NCBI GenBank assembly: GCA_964623635.1
Contig: CAZUUA010000010.1
Location: forward strand, 1-63,427
DNA length: 63,427 nt
Reading direction: 5' to 3'
Origin: an uncultured Ruminococcus sp.
GTDB lineage: Bacteria > Bacillota > Clostridia > Oscillospirales > CAG-272
A model generated the notes under the pieces. That model did not search any database. It was not told the origin of the DNA and saw nothing but the letters and a program-made list of their open reading frames with translations. Position 1 is the stretch's first letter, and every line of letters begins with the position of its first letter. Positions 51,528-60,401 of this stretch are shown here, in pieces. A program made the position numbers and the translations under genes.

Positions 51528-52073
51528 ATGAAAGCAAAAGACCATATCCAGATCGCCAAAACGCTCTCCGGCACATACGGGCTGCACGGCAGACGAAAGG
51601 GTGCCTTTCTGGTGGGGAATATCCTGCCGGATATCAACGTCTTTTCGTATTTGACGGCGTCTCGCAGCAACCATCTTCGGGGACACAGCTATACCTTCAA
51701 GCGAAAGAAAATGGACAGGCACATGAACAAGCCCCAGAAGGATTCAACGTTCTGGTGGCTCAAGACCGGGATGCTGTGCCATTATCTCACCGATTCCTTC
51801 ACCGGCTCTCACGACGAAAAACGGAAAATGTCCCTGGCGGATCACCGGGCATACGAATTCAAGCTGCACGACCGGTTTGTCGAAAACTGGCAGGCACTGC
51901 AGACCCGACCGGAAAAACGAATGTTGCAGATCAGCGAAAACGTGGCAAGGATGCGTCGGGAATACGAGGAAGCCAAGGCCGGTGTGGAGACCGACTGCCG
52001 GATGATCATCTCTGCCGTGCGCAACGTCATTGGCACCATGGCGGCAGATGCCCAACAGGCACAGCACAAGTGA
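51528..52073 (+). CDS. Zinc-dependent phospholipase C family protein
   Basis: N-terminal His, FLVGNILPD, GH, HYLTDSFT..H and H..YE..L motifs. Confidence 0.82.
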   Translation: MKAKDHIQIAKTLSGTYGLHGRRKGAFLVGNILPDINVFSYLTASRSNHLRGHSYTFKRKKMDRHMNKPQKDSTFWWLKTGMLCHYLTDSFTGSHDEKRKMSLADHRAYEFKLHDRFVENWQALQTRPEKRMLQISENVARMRREYEEAKAGVETDCRMIISAVRNVIGTMAADAQQAQHK

Positions 52074-52077
52074 ATAC

Positions 52078-52127
52078 AAAAACGGCAACGGAGTGCGGAT
52101 ACCTATCCACATTCCATTGCCGTTTTT
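52078..52127. terminator. Bidirectional terminator
   Basis: AAAAACGGCAACGGAGTG...CATTCCATTGCCGTTTTT. Confidence 0.85.
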
Positions 52128-52145
52128 ATTTGTTAAACCTACTTT

Positions 52146-52182
52146 CAAACTGGATCAACCCAGCCAAACTGGATCAACCCAG
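52146..52182. repeat. Tandem duplication of the solute-binding gene's stop-codon region
   Basis: CAAACTGGATCAACCCAG twice, 19-bp period. Confidence 0.85.
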
Positions 52183-53661
52183 TTTTGCAAAGTTGTCCAC
52201 GATCTTCTGGATGGTGGTATCCAGCGAGGACTGCTGCTTTTCCCAGAAGGAAGCAAGGTCGGTGTCGTTCTGGGAGGCCTTTTGGTAAATGTTGGTCTTC
52301 ACATTGCCCAGACCGTATACCGTGGAGCAGTCGTAGGTGGTGGTGTCAAAAATGATGTCCACCATGGAGGCAGATTCTTCGTCACGGGTCAGCTTGCTCT
52401 TCAGCGTGATGTCATAGTATGCGGCCAGCACCGTATCGGTGGAGGCAGACTGCAGCGCTTCCAGAATGATGGAGGTGCGGTCTACATCGGATACGGATAC
52501 CGGAATGGCCATACCGAAGAAGTTGCCGTTGTTGCAGGAGTAATACTGGGTCTGCTCTTCGTTGTACTTGGGTGCCGGCACGATACCAAAGTTGGCTTCC
52601 ATATCCCGCAGTGCCTTGGCCCAGCTGATGCATTCTACCCAGAACATGACCTGTTCGGCCGGGAACATGATCTCCTGTACCCGGTGGTTGTTGGACAGAC
52701 CTCTGGTGTTGGTCTTCACCTCTGCATCATAATATACCCGTTCGTCGCTGTGTACCATGGCAAGGATCTTTTCGTAGGCGTTCACAAAGCCTTCGTTGTA
52801 GAAGGTGAACTGGGGAATATCGTCGCTGTCCTTTTCGGTCAGGGTGTAGCCACAGCCGTTGAGCAGGAACATATAGAACACGCCACGCCAGGACATGAGC
52901 CCGTAGTCGTCGTTGTCGTCAAAGGTACCGTTGCCGTCTACATCGTTGCCGGAGACCGTTGCCATTTCGGACAGCTTGTCCAGTGTCCATTTGCCGCTGT
53001 GTACCAGATCGTAGGGATCCTCCAGATCGTGGTTGGTGATCAGCGCCTTATTGAAGTACATACAGCAGGTCTCATCGATTTGGGTGGTCAAAAAGTCACC
53101 CACGCCCATGTACAGCTTGTCACCGATGGAGAGCTGCTCTACGGCGTTGTGATCCCAATAGGGCTTGTCAAAGTTCTGGTAGGGCAGGGTGTGCAGGTCC
53201 ATCAGATAGCCGGACTGGGCCTGAGACAGCACCGCAGCGCCCTGCATCAGGGACATATCAAAGGAACCGTCCCCGGCAATGGTGGTGTTCTTGATCTGAT
53301 CCACCGTCTGCTCCGTCTCCACGATGTGGATGTTCAGCCGATCTTCTACCGAAATGTTCCGGTTGAAAATGGCAGAGGGAATGCTGTCCCCGGAGTCTTC
53401 GGCGGCGGTCACGTGTACGGTGGTGAACCAGTTGTTGGATTCGGGATTGGAGTTGAAAATGTTGAAGGTGTAGCCTTCAAAGTCCGAATCCGGCAGGTCG
53501 TCCGATACCTTGGTCTCCTCAACAGTTTCGGTTTCCGTCTGGTCGGCGGTGGTATTGGCAGTGGTGGTGGTCTCCTCCGTGGCGCCCTGTCCGCAGCCGA
53601 TCACACAGGACGAGGTCATCAGCAGCGCCAAAAACAGCGCCAGCAGCTTTTGTGTACGCAT
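52174..53661 (-). CDS. Extracellular solute-binding lipoprotein
   Basis: Lipobox VIGC; LPDSDFEG, DVDGNG loop and FGIVPAPKY motifs. Confidence 0.85.
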   Translation of the reverse strand: MRTQKLLALFLALLMTSSCVIGCGQGATEETTTTANTTADQTETETVEETKVSDDLPDSDFEGYTFNIFNSNPESNNWFTTVHVTAAEDSGDSIPSAIFNRNISVEDRLNIHIVETEQTVDQIKNTTIAGDGSFDMSLMQGAAVLSQAQSGYLMDLHTLPYQNFDKPYWDHNAVEQLSIGDKLYMGVGDFLTTQIDETCCMYFNKALITNHDLEDPYDLVHSGKWTLDKLSEMATVSGNDVDGNGTFDDNDDYGLMSWRGVFYMFLLNGCGYTLTEKDSDDIPQFTFYNEGFVNAYEKILAMVHSDERVYYDAEVKTNTRGLSNNHRVQEIMFPAEQVMFWVECISWAKALRDMEANFGIVPAPKYNEEQTQYYSCNNGNFFGMAIPVSVSDVDRTSIILEALQSASTDTVLAAYYDITLKSKLTRDEESASMVDIIFDTTTYDCSTVYGLGNVKTNIYQKASQNDTDLASFWEKQQSSLDTTIQKIVDNFAKLG

Positions 53662-53837
53662 GGTAGGTCTCCTTTTTTTGGTATTACAAATATAAAATAT
53701 AATCCTCGTCAAAACGATCCATGGCGAGAACACTGTACATAAATGATACCACAAACACAGCTTCTTGTCAAGGGATTTGTGAAAAAACTGTCTGGCATTT
53801 GCGCAAACTGACGGTATTTTTTCAAAAATGTGAAAAT

Positions 53838-53866
53838 GTATAATTTCCGCTACAGTACACATACTA
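53838..53866 (+). promoter_or_regulatory. Forespore sigma-G/F-type promoter
   Basis: GTATA-17-CATACTA upstream of spoVAD. Confidence 0.7.
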
Positions 53867-53911
53867 TGCGTACCATAAGATTGCAAAAGGCGTACAAAAA
53901 GGAGATAGCGT

Positions 53912-54991
53912 ATGTGCATCCGACCGGGCAGACCGGTGTATATCCAGAGCTGGGGCAGTGTGGTTGGCAAAAAAGAGCATGACGGCCCACTGGGAGCGTT
54001 GTTTGACGGCTGGGACGAGACTGACCTATTTGGCATGGACACCTTTGAAAAAGCAGAATCGGAGATGCAGAAGCGTGCGGTGGGTCTGGCGCTTGCCAAA
54101 GGTGGCTACACACCGGCAGAGCTTGACCTTTTGTTGGCCGGGGATCTGGTGAACCAATGCATCGCTTCCACCTATGGCACCCTGTCCTTTGGGCTGCCCT
54201 ATCTGGGACTGTTCGGCGCTTGCTCCACGGCGGCAGAAGGACTGCTGCTGTCGGCACTGCTGACGGGCTCGACGCTGTCCCGTGCGGTGTGCGTGACCTC
54301 GTCCCATTTTTGTTCGGCCGAGCGGCAGTTCCGGTATCCGCTGGAATACGGAGGACAAAGACCGCCAACGTCCCAGTGGACCGTCACCGGAGCGGGAGCC
54401 TTTGTGTGTACCGCAGAGACCGCAGACCTGACCCGAATGGGACATCGATATGTGCCGCAGATCACCGGTGTGGTCATCGGAAAAGCGGTAGACGGCGGTA
54501 TCAAGGATGCGGCCAATATGGGAGCGGCTATGGCACCGGCGGCTGCGGATACCCTGCTGCGTTACTTCGAGAAGAACAAAAGCACCGGCGAGATCGATAT
54601 GATCCTGACCGGGGATCTGGGCAGAGAAGGCAGCGATATTCTTGCGGATCTGCTGTGGAGCCACGGTATGGACGTGTCCGGCAAGCTGGCAGACTGCGGC
54701 AAGATGATCTACCCCATGGACGAACGCGCGGACGTACACGCCGGTGGTTCCGGATGCGGCTGTTCTGCGGTGGTGCTGGCGGCGGATATTTTGGAAAATA
54801 TGCGGCAGGGGCGACTCGATACGGTGTTGTTCGTGGGGACCGGTGCGCTGATGAATGCCATGGCACTGTCTCAGGGACAGACCATCCCCGGTGTGGCGCA
54901 TCTGGTGGAGATCCGCAGACGGGACCTTACCTCGGCACAGATCGATACCGAAACGTACTTGGAAACCTTGACGTTTTGTGAGGAGAAATGA
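53912..54991 (+). CDS. spoVAD: Stage V sporulation protein AD
   Basis: AGDLVNQC, GACST, ERQFRYPLEYGGQRP and GGSGCGCSA motifs. Confidence 0.95.
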   Translation: MCIRPGRPVYIQSWGSVVGKKEHDGPLGALFDGWDETDLFGMDTFEKAESEMQKRAVGLALAKGGYTPAELDLLLAGDLVNQCIASTYGTLSFGLPYLGLFGACSTAAEGLLLSALLTGSTLSRAVCVTSSHFCSAERQFRYPLEYGGQRPPTSQWTVTGAGAFVCTAETADLTRMGHRYVPQITGVVIGKAVDGGIKDAANMGAAMAPAAADTLLRYFEKNKSTGEIDMILTGDLGREGSDILADLLWSHGMDVSGKLADCGKMIYPMDERADVHAGGSGCGCSAVVLAADILENMRQGRLDTVLFVGTGALMNAMALSQGQTIPGVAHLVEIRRRDLTSAQIDTETYLETLTFCEEK

Positions 54992-54992
54992 T

Positions 54993-55349
54993 ATGGAATA
55001 TCTGCGTGCTTTTTTGGTGGGAGGCGCCTTTTGTACCATCGCACAGCTGCTCATCGACCGCACCAAGCTGACCCCGGCTCGGATACTGGTGCTGTACGTG
55101 GTGGCCGGTGTGGTGCTGGGTGCCGTGGGTGTGTATGCGCCACTGGTGGCGTTTGCCGGCGCCGGTGCCACCACACCGCTGACGGGCTTTGGGTATCGCA
55201 TTGCCGAGGGTGTTCGGGAAGCGGTGGACAAGGATGGGTTTTTGGGCATCCTGACCGGTGGACTGACCGCAACAGCTGGCGGTGTCACAGCGGCCATCGT
55301 GTTTTCCCTGTTGGCAGCCTGCTTGGTGCGGAGCCGACCGAAGCCGTAA
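54993..55349 (+). CDS. spoVAE: Stage V sporulation protein AE (AEb type)
   Basis: AFLVGG, TKLTPARILV and GAGATTPLTGFG motifs. Confidence 0.9.
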   Translation: MEYLRAFLVGGAFCTIAQLLIDRTKLTPARILVLYVVAGVVLGAVGVYAPLVAFAGAGATTPLTGFGYRIAEGVREAVDKDGFLGILTGGLTATAGGVTAAIVFSLLAACLVRSRPKP

Positions 55350-55427
55350 GGGAACGCTGAACAAGGTGTAATTTGCGGCGAAAAGACCGGCCAGTATTTT
55401 TTTGAAAAAAACAGCGTTGCCTGAAAA

Positions 55428-55470
55428 CAAAAGGAACGAAACCCATTTTTAACAGGTTTCGTTCCTTTTT
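55428..55470. terminator. Bidirectional terminator
   Basis: AAAAGGAACGAAACC...GGTTTCGTTCCTTTTT. Confidence 0.85.
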
Positions 55471-55499
55471 ATTATATAGGGATTTTACGGAGTGCTTTC

Positions 55500-57995
55500 T
55501 TATTCGATCCCCAAAACCGTGTAGCCTTCCTTCTCCACCACCTTCTTCAGGCTGGCGTCGGATACGTCCTTGTTTAGCTTCACGATGGCAGTGCCGTTCT
55601 CGTGGCTGACGATGGCTTCCTCCACCTGCTTCAGGCCTTCCAGTGCCTTCTTCACTCTGGCCTCGCAGTGACCGCACATCATGCCTTCGATCTTCATCGT
55701 CTTTTCCATAGCTTTTTTCTCCTTTTTGTTGGATGTGATTTTTCTATCGTATCGGGGATCGTGTACCTTGATCAGATTCAGCCGCAGGGCATTGGTCACC
55801 ACACAGAAGCTGGACAGGCTCATGGCAGCGGCACCGAACATGGGATTCATCTCCCAGCCGGTCCAGTGGATGAACACACCGGCCGCCAGGGGAATACCAA
55901 TACAGTTGTAGAAGAATGCCCAGAACAGGTTCTCCCGGATGTTGGTCAGTACCCGGCGGCTCAGGCGAATGGCAGCGGATACATCGGTCAGGCGGCTGTG
56001 CATCAGGACCACGTCTGCCGCATCGATGGCTACATCGGTACCGGCGCCAATGGCAATGCCCATGTCGGCTCTGGTCAGGGCAGGGGCATCGTTGATCCCG
56101 TCACCCACCATGGCAACCTTGCCCTCCGTTTGCAGCTGACGGATCACGGCTTCCTTTCCGTCAGGCAAAACCCCGGCGATCACGCTGTCCACACCGGCAA
56201 GCTTCCCGATGGCGGCGGCGGTCTTTTCGTTGTCCCCGGTCAGCATCACCACACGAATGCCCATGCCTTGCAGCTGACGAATGGCCTCCGGGCTGTCTTC
56301 CTTGATGGTGTCTGCCACGGCGATGATCCCGAGAAACTGCCCGTCACGGCTGAACCAAAGCGGCGTTTTGCCCTCTTCTGCCAACGCTTCTGCTTGTACG
56401 ACTGCATCCGTTGGCAACGTGGCGTGTCCTGCCAAAAAGCTGTGGTTACCGCCGTGGAGCACGTGACCGTCCCAGACCGCCGTGACACCGTTGCCGGGCA
56501 GGGCAGTGAAGTCCGTGGCTTCGTGGCAGCAGATCCCATTTTCCGCTGCATACCGCAGAACGGCTTTTGCCAAAGGATGTTCGCTTTTTTGCTCCAAAGT
56601 GGCAGCCAGCGTCACCAGCTCCGTTTCCGGGATCCCGTTTGCCGGGTACAGATCGGTGACGGCCGGTTCACCTTTGGTGATGGTGCCGGTCTTATCCAGC
56701 GCACAAATGTGGATCTTGCCCGTTTCTTCCAGAGATACAGCGGTTTTGAAAAGGATACCGTTTTTGGCACCTACGCCACTGCCCACCATGATGGCGACCG
56801 GTGTGGCAAGACCCAGCGCACAGGGGCAGCTGATCACCAATACCGAGATCCCACGGGCCAGCGCAAAGCCGACGGTGTGCCCGGTGAGCAGCCATGCTGC
56901 TGTGGTGATAACGGCGATGGTGATCACCGTGGGCACGAACACACCGGAGACCCGGTCGGCGATCTTGGCAATGGGTGCTTTTGTGGCGGCGGCGTCGCTG
57001 ACCATGCGAATGATCCGGGACAGGGACGTGTCTTCGCCCACATGGGTGGCGGTACAGCGGATGAAGCCGGATTGGTTGATGGTGGCGGCGTAGACCGGGC
57101 TGTTTGCTTCCTTATCCACCGGCAGACTTTCTCCGGTCAAGGCAGCTTCGTTCACCGCCGTGTGACCCTCTACCACCACGCCGTCCACCGGTATGCTTTC
57201 ACCGGGACGCACCACAAACGTGTCTCCCAGCCGCACCTCTGCCACTGGGATCACCACCTCAACGCCGTCCCGAACCACGGTCGCCACCTGCGGCGCCAGA
57301 TCCATGAGACTGCGCAGGGCATCGGTGGTCTTGCCCTTGGAGCGAGCCTCCAGCATCTTGCCCACCGTGATCAGCGCCAGGATCATGGCTGCCGACTCAA
57401 AATACAGCCCGTGCAGCTTCTCCATGGCAAGAAAGACGTCACCGGACTGCACAGCGGCACACATAGCGTAGACCTCGACAGTGCTGTACAAAAACGCAGC
57501 GGCGGAGCCCAGTGCCACCAGCGTATCCATATTGGGCGCACGATGCAATAGGCCACGGACGCCGGAGACGAAAAACTTCTGGTTGATCACCATGACGATG
57601 GCAGACAGCAGCAGCTCCGTCAAGGCGATGGACAGCGGATTCTCACCAAGAAACGGCGGCAGCGGCCAGTGCCACATGGTGTACCCCATGGAGATGTACA
57701 TGAGTACTGCGAGAAACGCCAGAGACGCCGCCAGCCGCCGCACCAGCACCGGTGTTTCCGTATCGACCAGCGCATCGGCTGTGTTCGTGTTAGACCCGGC
57801 CCCGGCAAGCGTCGCACCGTATCCGGCATCGGTGACGGCCTTCACGATGGCATCGACAGCGCCGCCTTCCACCTGCATGGAGTGGGTCAGGAGATTCACA
57901 GCGCAGGAGGTCACGCCGGGCACAGCGGAAACGGCCTTTTCCACACGGGCCGAGCAGGCGGCACAGCTCATACCCGTGACGTTGTATTTTTGCAT
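55500..57995 (-). CDS. copA: Cu+-exporting P1B-type ATPase with N- and C-terminal HMA domains
   Basis: GMSCAAC, TGES, CPC, DKTGT, GDGIND, YN and MSLSS motifs; C-terminal GMMCGHC. Confidence 0.95.
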   Translation of the reverse strand: MQKYNVTGMSCAACSARVEKAVSAVPGVTSCAVNLLTHSMQVEGGAVDAIVKAVTDAGYGATLAGAGSNTNTADALVDTETPVLVRRLAASLAFLAVLMYISMGYTMWHWPLPPFLGENPLSIALTELLLSAIVMVINQKFFVSGVRGLLHRAPNMDTLVALGSAAAFLYSTVEVYAMCAAVQSGDVFLAMEKLHGLYFESAAMILALITVGKMLEARSKGKTTDALRSLMDLAPQVATVVRDGVEVVIPVAEVRLGDTFVVRPGESIPVDGVVVEGHTAVNEAALTGESLPVDKEANSPVYAATINQSGFIRCTATHVGEDTSLSRIIRMVSDAAATKAPIAKIADRVSGVFVPTVITIAVITTAAWLLTGHTVGFALARGISVLVISCPCALGLATPVAIMVGSGVGAKNGILFKTAVSLEETGKIHICALDKTGTITKGEPAVTDLYPANGIPETELVTLAATLEQKSEHPLAKAVLRYAAENGICCHEATDFTALPGNGVTAVWDGHVLHGGNHSFLAGHATLPTDAVVQAEALAEEGKTPLWFSRDGQFLGIIAVADTIKEDSPEAIRQLQGMGIRVVMLTGDNEKTAAAIGKLAGVDSVIAGVLPDGKEAVIRQLQTEGKVAMVGDGINDAPALTRADMGIAIGAGTDVAIDAADVVLMHSRLTDVSAAIRLSRRVLTNIRENLFWAFFYNCIGIPLAAGVFIHWTGWEMNPMFGAAAMSLSSFCVVTNALRLNLIKVHDPRYDRKITSNKKEKKAMEKTMKIEGMMCGHCEARVKKALEGLKQVEEAIVSHENGTAIVKLNKDVSDASLKKVVEKEGYTVLGIE

Positions 57996-58295
57996 GAAGG
58001 GATCCTTTCTATTCTATCCTAATCCGTATACCCATATTGTACCACGGCGGATCGATTTAGTCAAGCCCTATCGCCCATTTTGGTTAGCTTCCGCTAACAA
58101 AGCCGGAACGGAGCCGTCTTTTTGTGGTGAAAAATATGCCGCACGGGATCGTTTGCAGAGAAAACGGCACGTTGACGGACACAACATTGTGTGTGCGATT
58201 TTCTGATCAAACCGAGCAGAACGAATGCGTTTGCCGAACATAATTTTACATTACAAAAAAACTTACCGGAACCAGAAAAAAGTGCGAGTACACTA

Positions 58296-58324
58296 TTGAC
58301 AAACAAGTTTCGAAGTGATATAAT
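58296..58324 (+). promoter_or_regulatory. Sigma-A promoter of the sipW operon
   Basis: TTGACA-17-TATAAT with TG extension. Confidence 0.85.
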
Positions 58325-58517
58325 ATTCTCAGTACGTGGGCTAACTGTACGGTTACTACATATGTTTAACACAAATGTGGTGCATCGGAGTTTACTCACG
58401 ACCCAGGGCTGCCAAGGTGTGACAAGCGGCGGCGGTTCTGGCATTAACAGTGGAAATGGATCCGAAGAAACGAAACCAATTTTTCGGGTCTCCCTATTTT
58501 AGAAGGAGCTTGCGGCT

Positions 58518-59534
58518 ATGACCCTGGTGGATGCAGTACTGCGGACGGCTGGCGTGACGGAACCAAAGCAGCTTGCCGGACTGACAGACGAGAAACGACG
58601 GGCCTTAGCGGCTGGCCTATACAAGATCGGTGCGGACAAGGTTCCTCTGGAGCAATGGAACGTACTGGTGACGGCGTTTGGACTACCCCAGCAAAGCGAT
58701 GCGGCACACGCCCGTGCGATGCTGATCCGGTATCTGGCGGCGCCCAAGGAAGAGACGAAGGTTGGCGGAGTCGCATCGCCCGATTCCGGTGCGGCGCAAA
58801 AACATAGTACGGAGACGTTACCCAAAGCGGCAGCCCCAATGCGGACTTCTACCCCATCGACCGCTTCGTCTACGAAAAAGGCGAACGCCGGTGACTATGG
58901 GACGTCGGTGACGAAAGGACCGGCGAACACTTCGACTGCGGTGACGAAAGCGAAACCGGCAGCAAAGTCGAGTGGCAAGAAGGAGAAGTCCCTCTTCGTC
59001 AAGGTTTGGAATACCTTCACGTCCATTTTGGTAATGTGCGTGGTGGTGCTGGCTTGTGCGTTGGTGGGTGTGCGGCTCATCGGGATGCAGGTGTTTACGG
59101 TCCTGTCGGGCAGTATGGAGCCTGTGTACCATGTGGGGTCGCTGATCTACGTACAGAATGTAGATCCGTTTGCATTGGAGATAGGCGATGATATCACGTT
59201 TCTACTGGACGAAGACACCGTTGCCACGCACCGTATCGTAGGGATTGTGCCGGATGAAGAGGATCCGGACACCATCCGTTTTCGGACGAAGGGCGTAGCG
59301 AACGAGCAGGAAGACGGCGGATTGGTGCATTACCGCAATGTGATCGGGAAGCCGGTGTTCACCATACCGTATTTGGGGTATTTGGCGAGCTACATACAGG
59401 AGCCGCCGGGGACCTTCGTAGCCATTGCGGCCGGTGCGGTGCTGATGCTGCTGGTATTTCTGCCGGATCTATTTGCCAGTGAAGATGATGATATCGAAGC
59501 AAAAGAGACAAAGAAAAAGAAGAAGTCCGTGTAG
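58518..59534 (+). CDS. sipW: ER-type signal peptidase I (SipW) with long N-terminal extension
   Basis: VLSGSMEP, THRIV, TKGVAN and IPYLGY motifs; flanking TM helices. Confidence 0.88.
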   Translation: MTLVDAVLRTAGVTEPKQLAGLTDEKRRALAAGLYKIGADKVPLEQWNVLVTAFGLPQQSDAAHARAMLIRYLAAPKEETKVGGVASPDSGAAQKHSTETLPKAAAPMRTSTPSTASSTKKANAGDYGTSVTKGPANTSTAVTKAKPAAKSSGKKEKSLFVKVWNTFTSILVMCVVVLACALVGVRLIGMQVFTVLSGSMEPVYHVGSLIYVQNVDPFALEIGDDITFLLDEDTVATHRIVGIVPDEEDPDTIRFRTKGVANEQEDGGLVHYRNVIGKPVFTIPYLGYLASYIQEPPGTFVAIAAGAVLMLLVFLPDLFASEDDDIEAKETKKKKKSV

Positions 59535-59563
59535 CGCCCTTGGGGAATAGGACTGCACGGGCA

Positions 59564-59634
59564 CTGTAGGGAATGGCGGCAAACGACCATCCCCTACGGC
59601 GGCACCAGATATAAATGGCCCACGCCGTTTATAT
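59564..59634 (+). other. Intergenic stem-loops between sipW and the first subunit gene
   Basis: CTGTAGGGAATGG/CCATCCCCTACGG and ATATAAATGGC/GCCGTTTATAT inverted repeats, no U-tract. Confidence 0.7.
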
Positions 59635-59666
59635 AAAACATTTCGAAAAAACGAAAGGAAAAAAGT

Positions 59667-60347
59667 ATGAAAAAGACAAAAGTTGTTCTGGCTATGGTTT
59701 GCGCCGTACTGCTGGTAGCTGCATCTGTGATGGGTACGTTGGCTTATTTGACTTCGACTTCGGATACTGTTACTAACACTTTCAATGTTGGTGCTGGTGT
59801 TAAGATTACCCTTGACGAGGCAAAAGTTGATACTCTTGGCGTAAAGGAAACTACCGCAGAGACAGACGATGATGGCAATCATAAGCTGGCGAATCGTGTG
59901 ACCGAAAACAGCTATAAGTTGATTCCAGGTCACACTTATGTAAAAGACCCTATCGTTCACGTTGCTTCCGACAGTGAAGATTGCTTCTTGTTTGTACAGG
60001 TGGTAAATGAAATTAATGCAATTGAAAGTGCTAAGACCATTGCTACTCAGATGAGTGAAAAAGGATGGATTGCTGTTGCTGGCGTAAATAATGTTTATGT
60101 GTATGTAGGTACTGATGCTGGTGCAACTGCTCCTAAGGCTGTTTCGGCTGGTACTGATGTATCTGTGTTCGACACAATCACCATCAATAATGAACAGACA
60201 TCTAACACTCTGACAAGCTATGCTAATAAGACTGTCAAGATCTATGCATACGCTGTTCAGAAGGATGGTCTGACCGATAAGACTACTGGTAAGGCACTGT
60301 GGGATGCTGTTGGATTTACCGTCGCTTCCACCACTCCTGCAACCTGA
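59667..60347 (+). CDS. SipW-cognate signal peptide protein (TasA/camelysin-like subunit 1)
   Basis: GTLAYLT...NTFNVG..ITLDE, LIPG...KDP, C-terminal AYAVQ. Confidence 0.85.
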   Translation: MKKTKVVLAMVCAVLLVAASVMGTLAYLTSTSDTVTNTFNVGAGVKITLDEAKVDTLGVKETTAETDDDGNHKLANRVTENSYKLIPGHTYVKDPIVHVASDSEDCFLFVQVVNEINAIESAKTIATQMSEKGWIAVAGVNNVYVYVGTDAGATAPKAVSAGTDVSVFDTITINNEQTSNTLTSYANKTVKIYAYAVQKDGLTDKTTGKALWDAVGFTVASTTPAT

Positions 60348-60401
60348 CGCACATCCAATTATTTAGGTATATATACCTCGACCTAAAGAAAGGTATATGA
60401 T

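Noticed and set aside
53866-53982. Short out-of-frame ORF (MRTIRLQK...) overlapping the spoVAD start, suggesting a frameshift
   Set aside because: spoVAD has its own AAAGGAG RBS and ATG at 53912, and the upstream ATG overlaps the promoter -10
55500-55710. C-terminal CopZ-like domain fused to CopA as a novelty
   Set aside because: This architecture is common in Clostridia
55602-57551. Long antisense ORFs (649 aa here; also 52030-53742, 21878-23422, 8479-9789, 13517-14737 and others)
   Set aside because: They lie opposite well-supported genes and have no recognisable motifs; expected shadows of GC-biased codon usage
58325-58517. c-di-GMP riboswitch or ops/JUMPstart element
   Set aside because: No GEMM-type GGCAAA/GAAA architecture; GGCGGTTC is only a partial ops match
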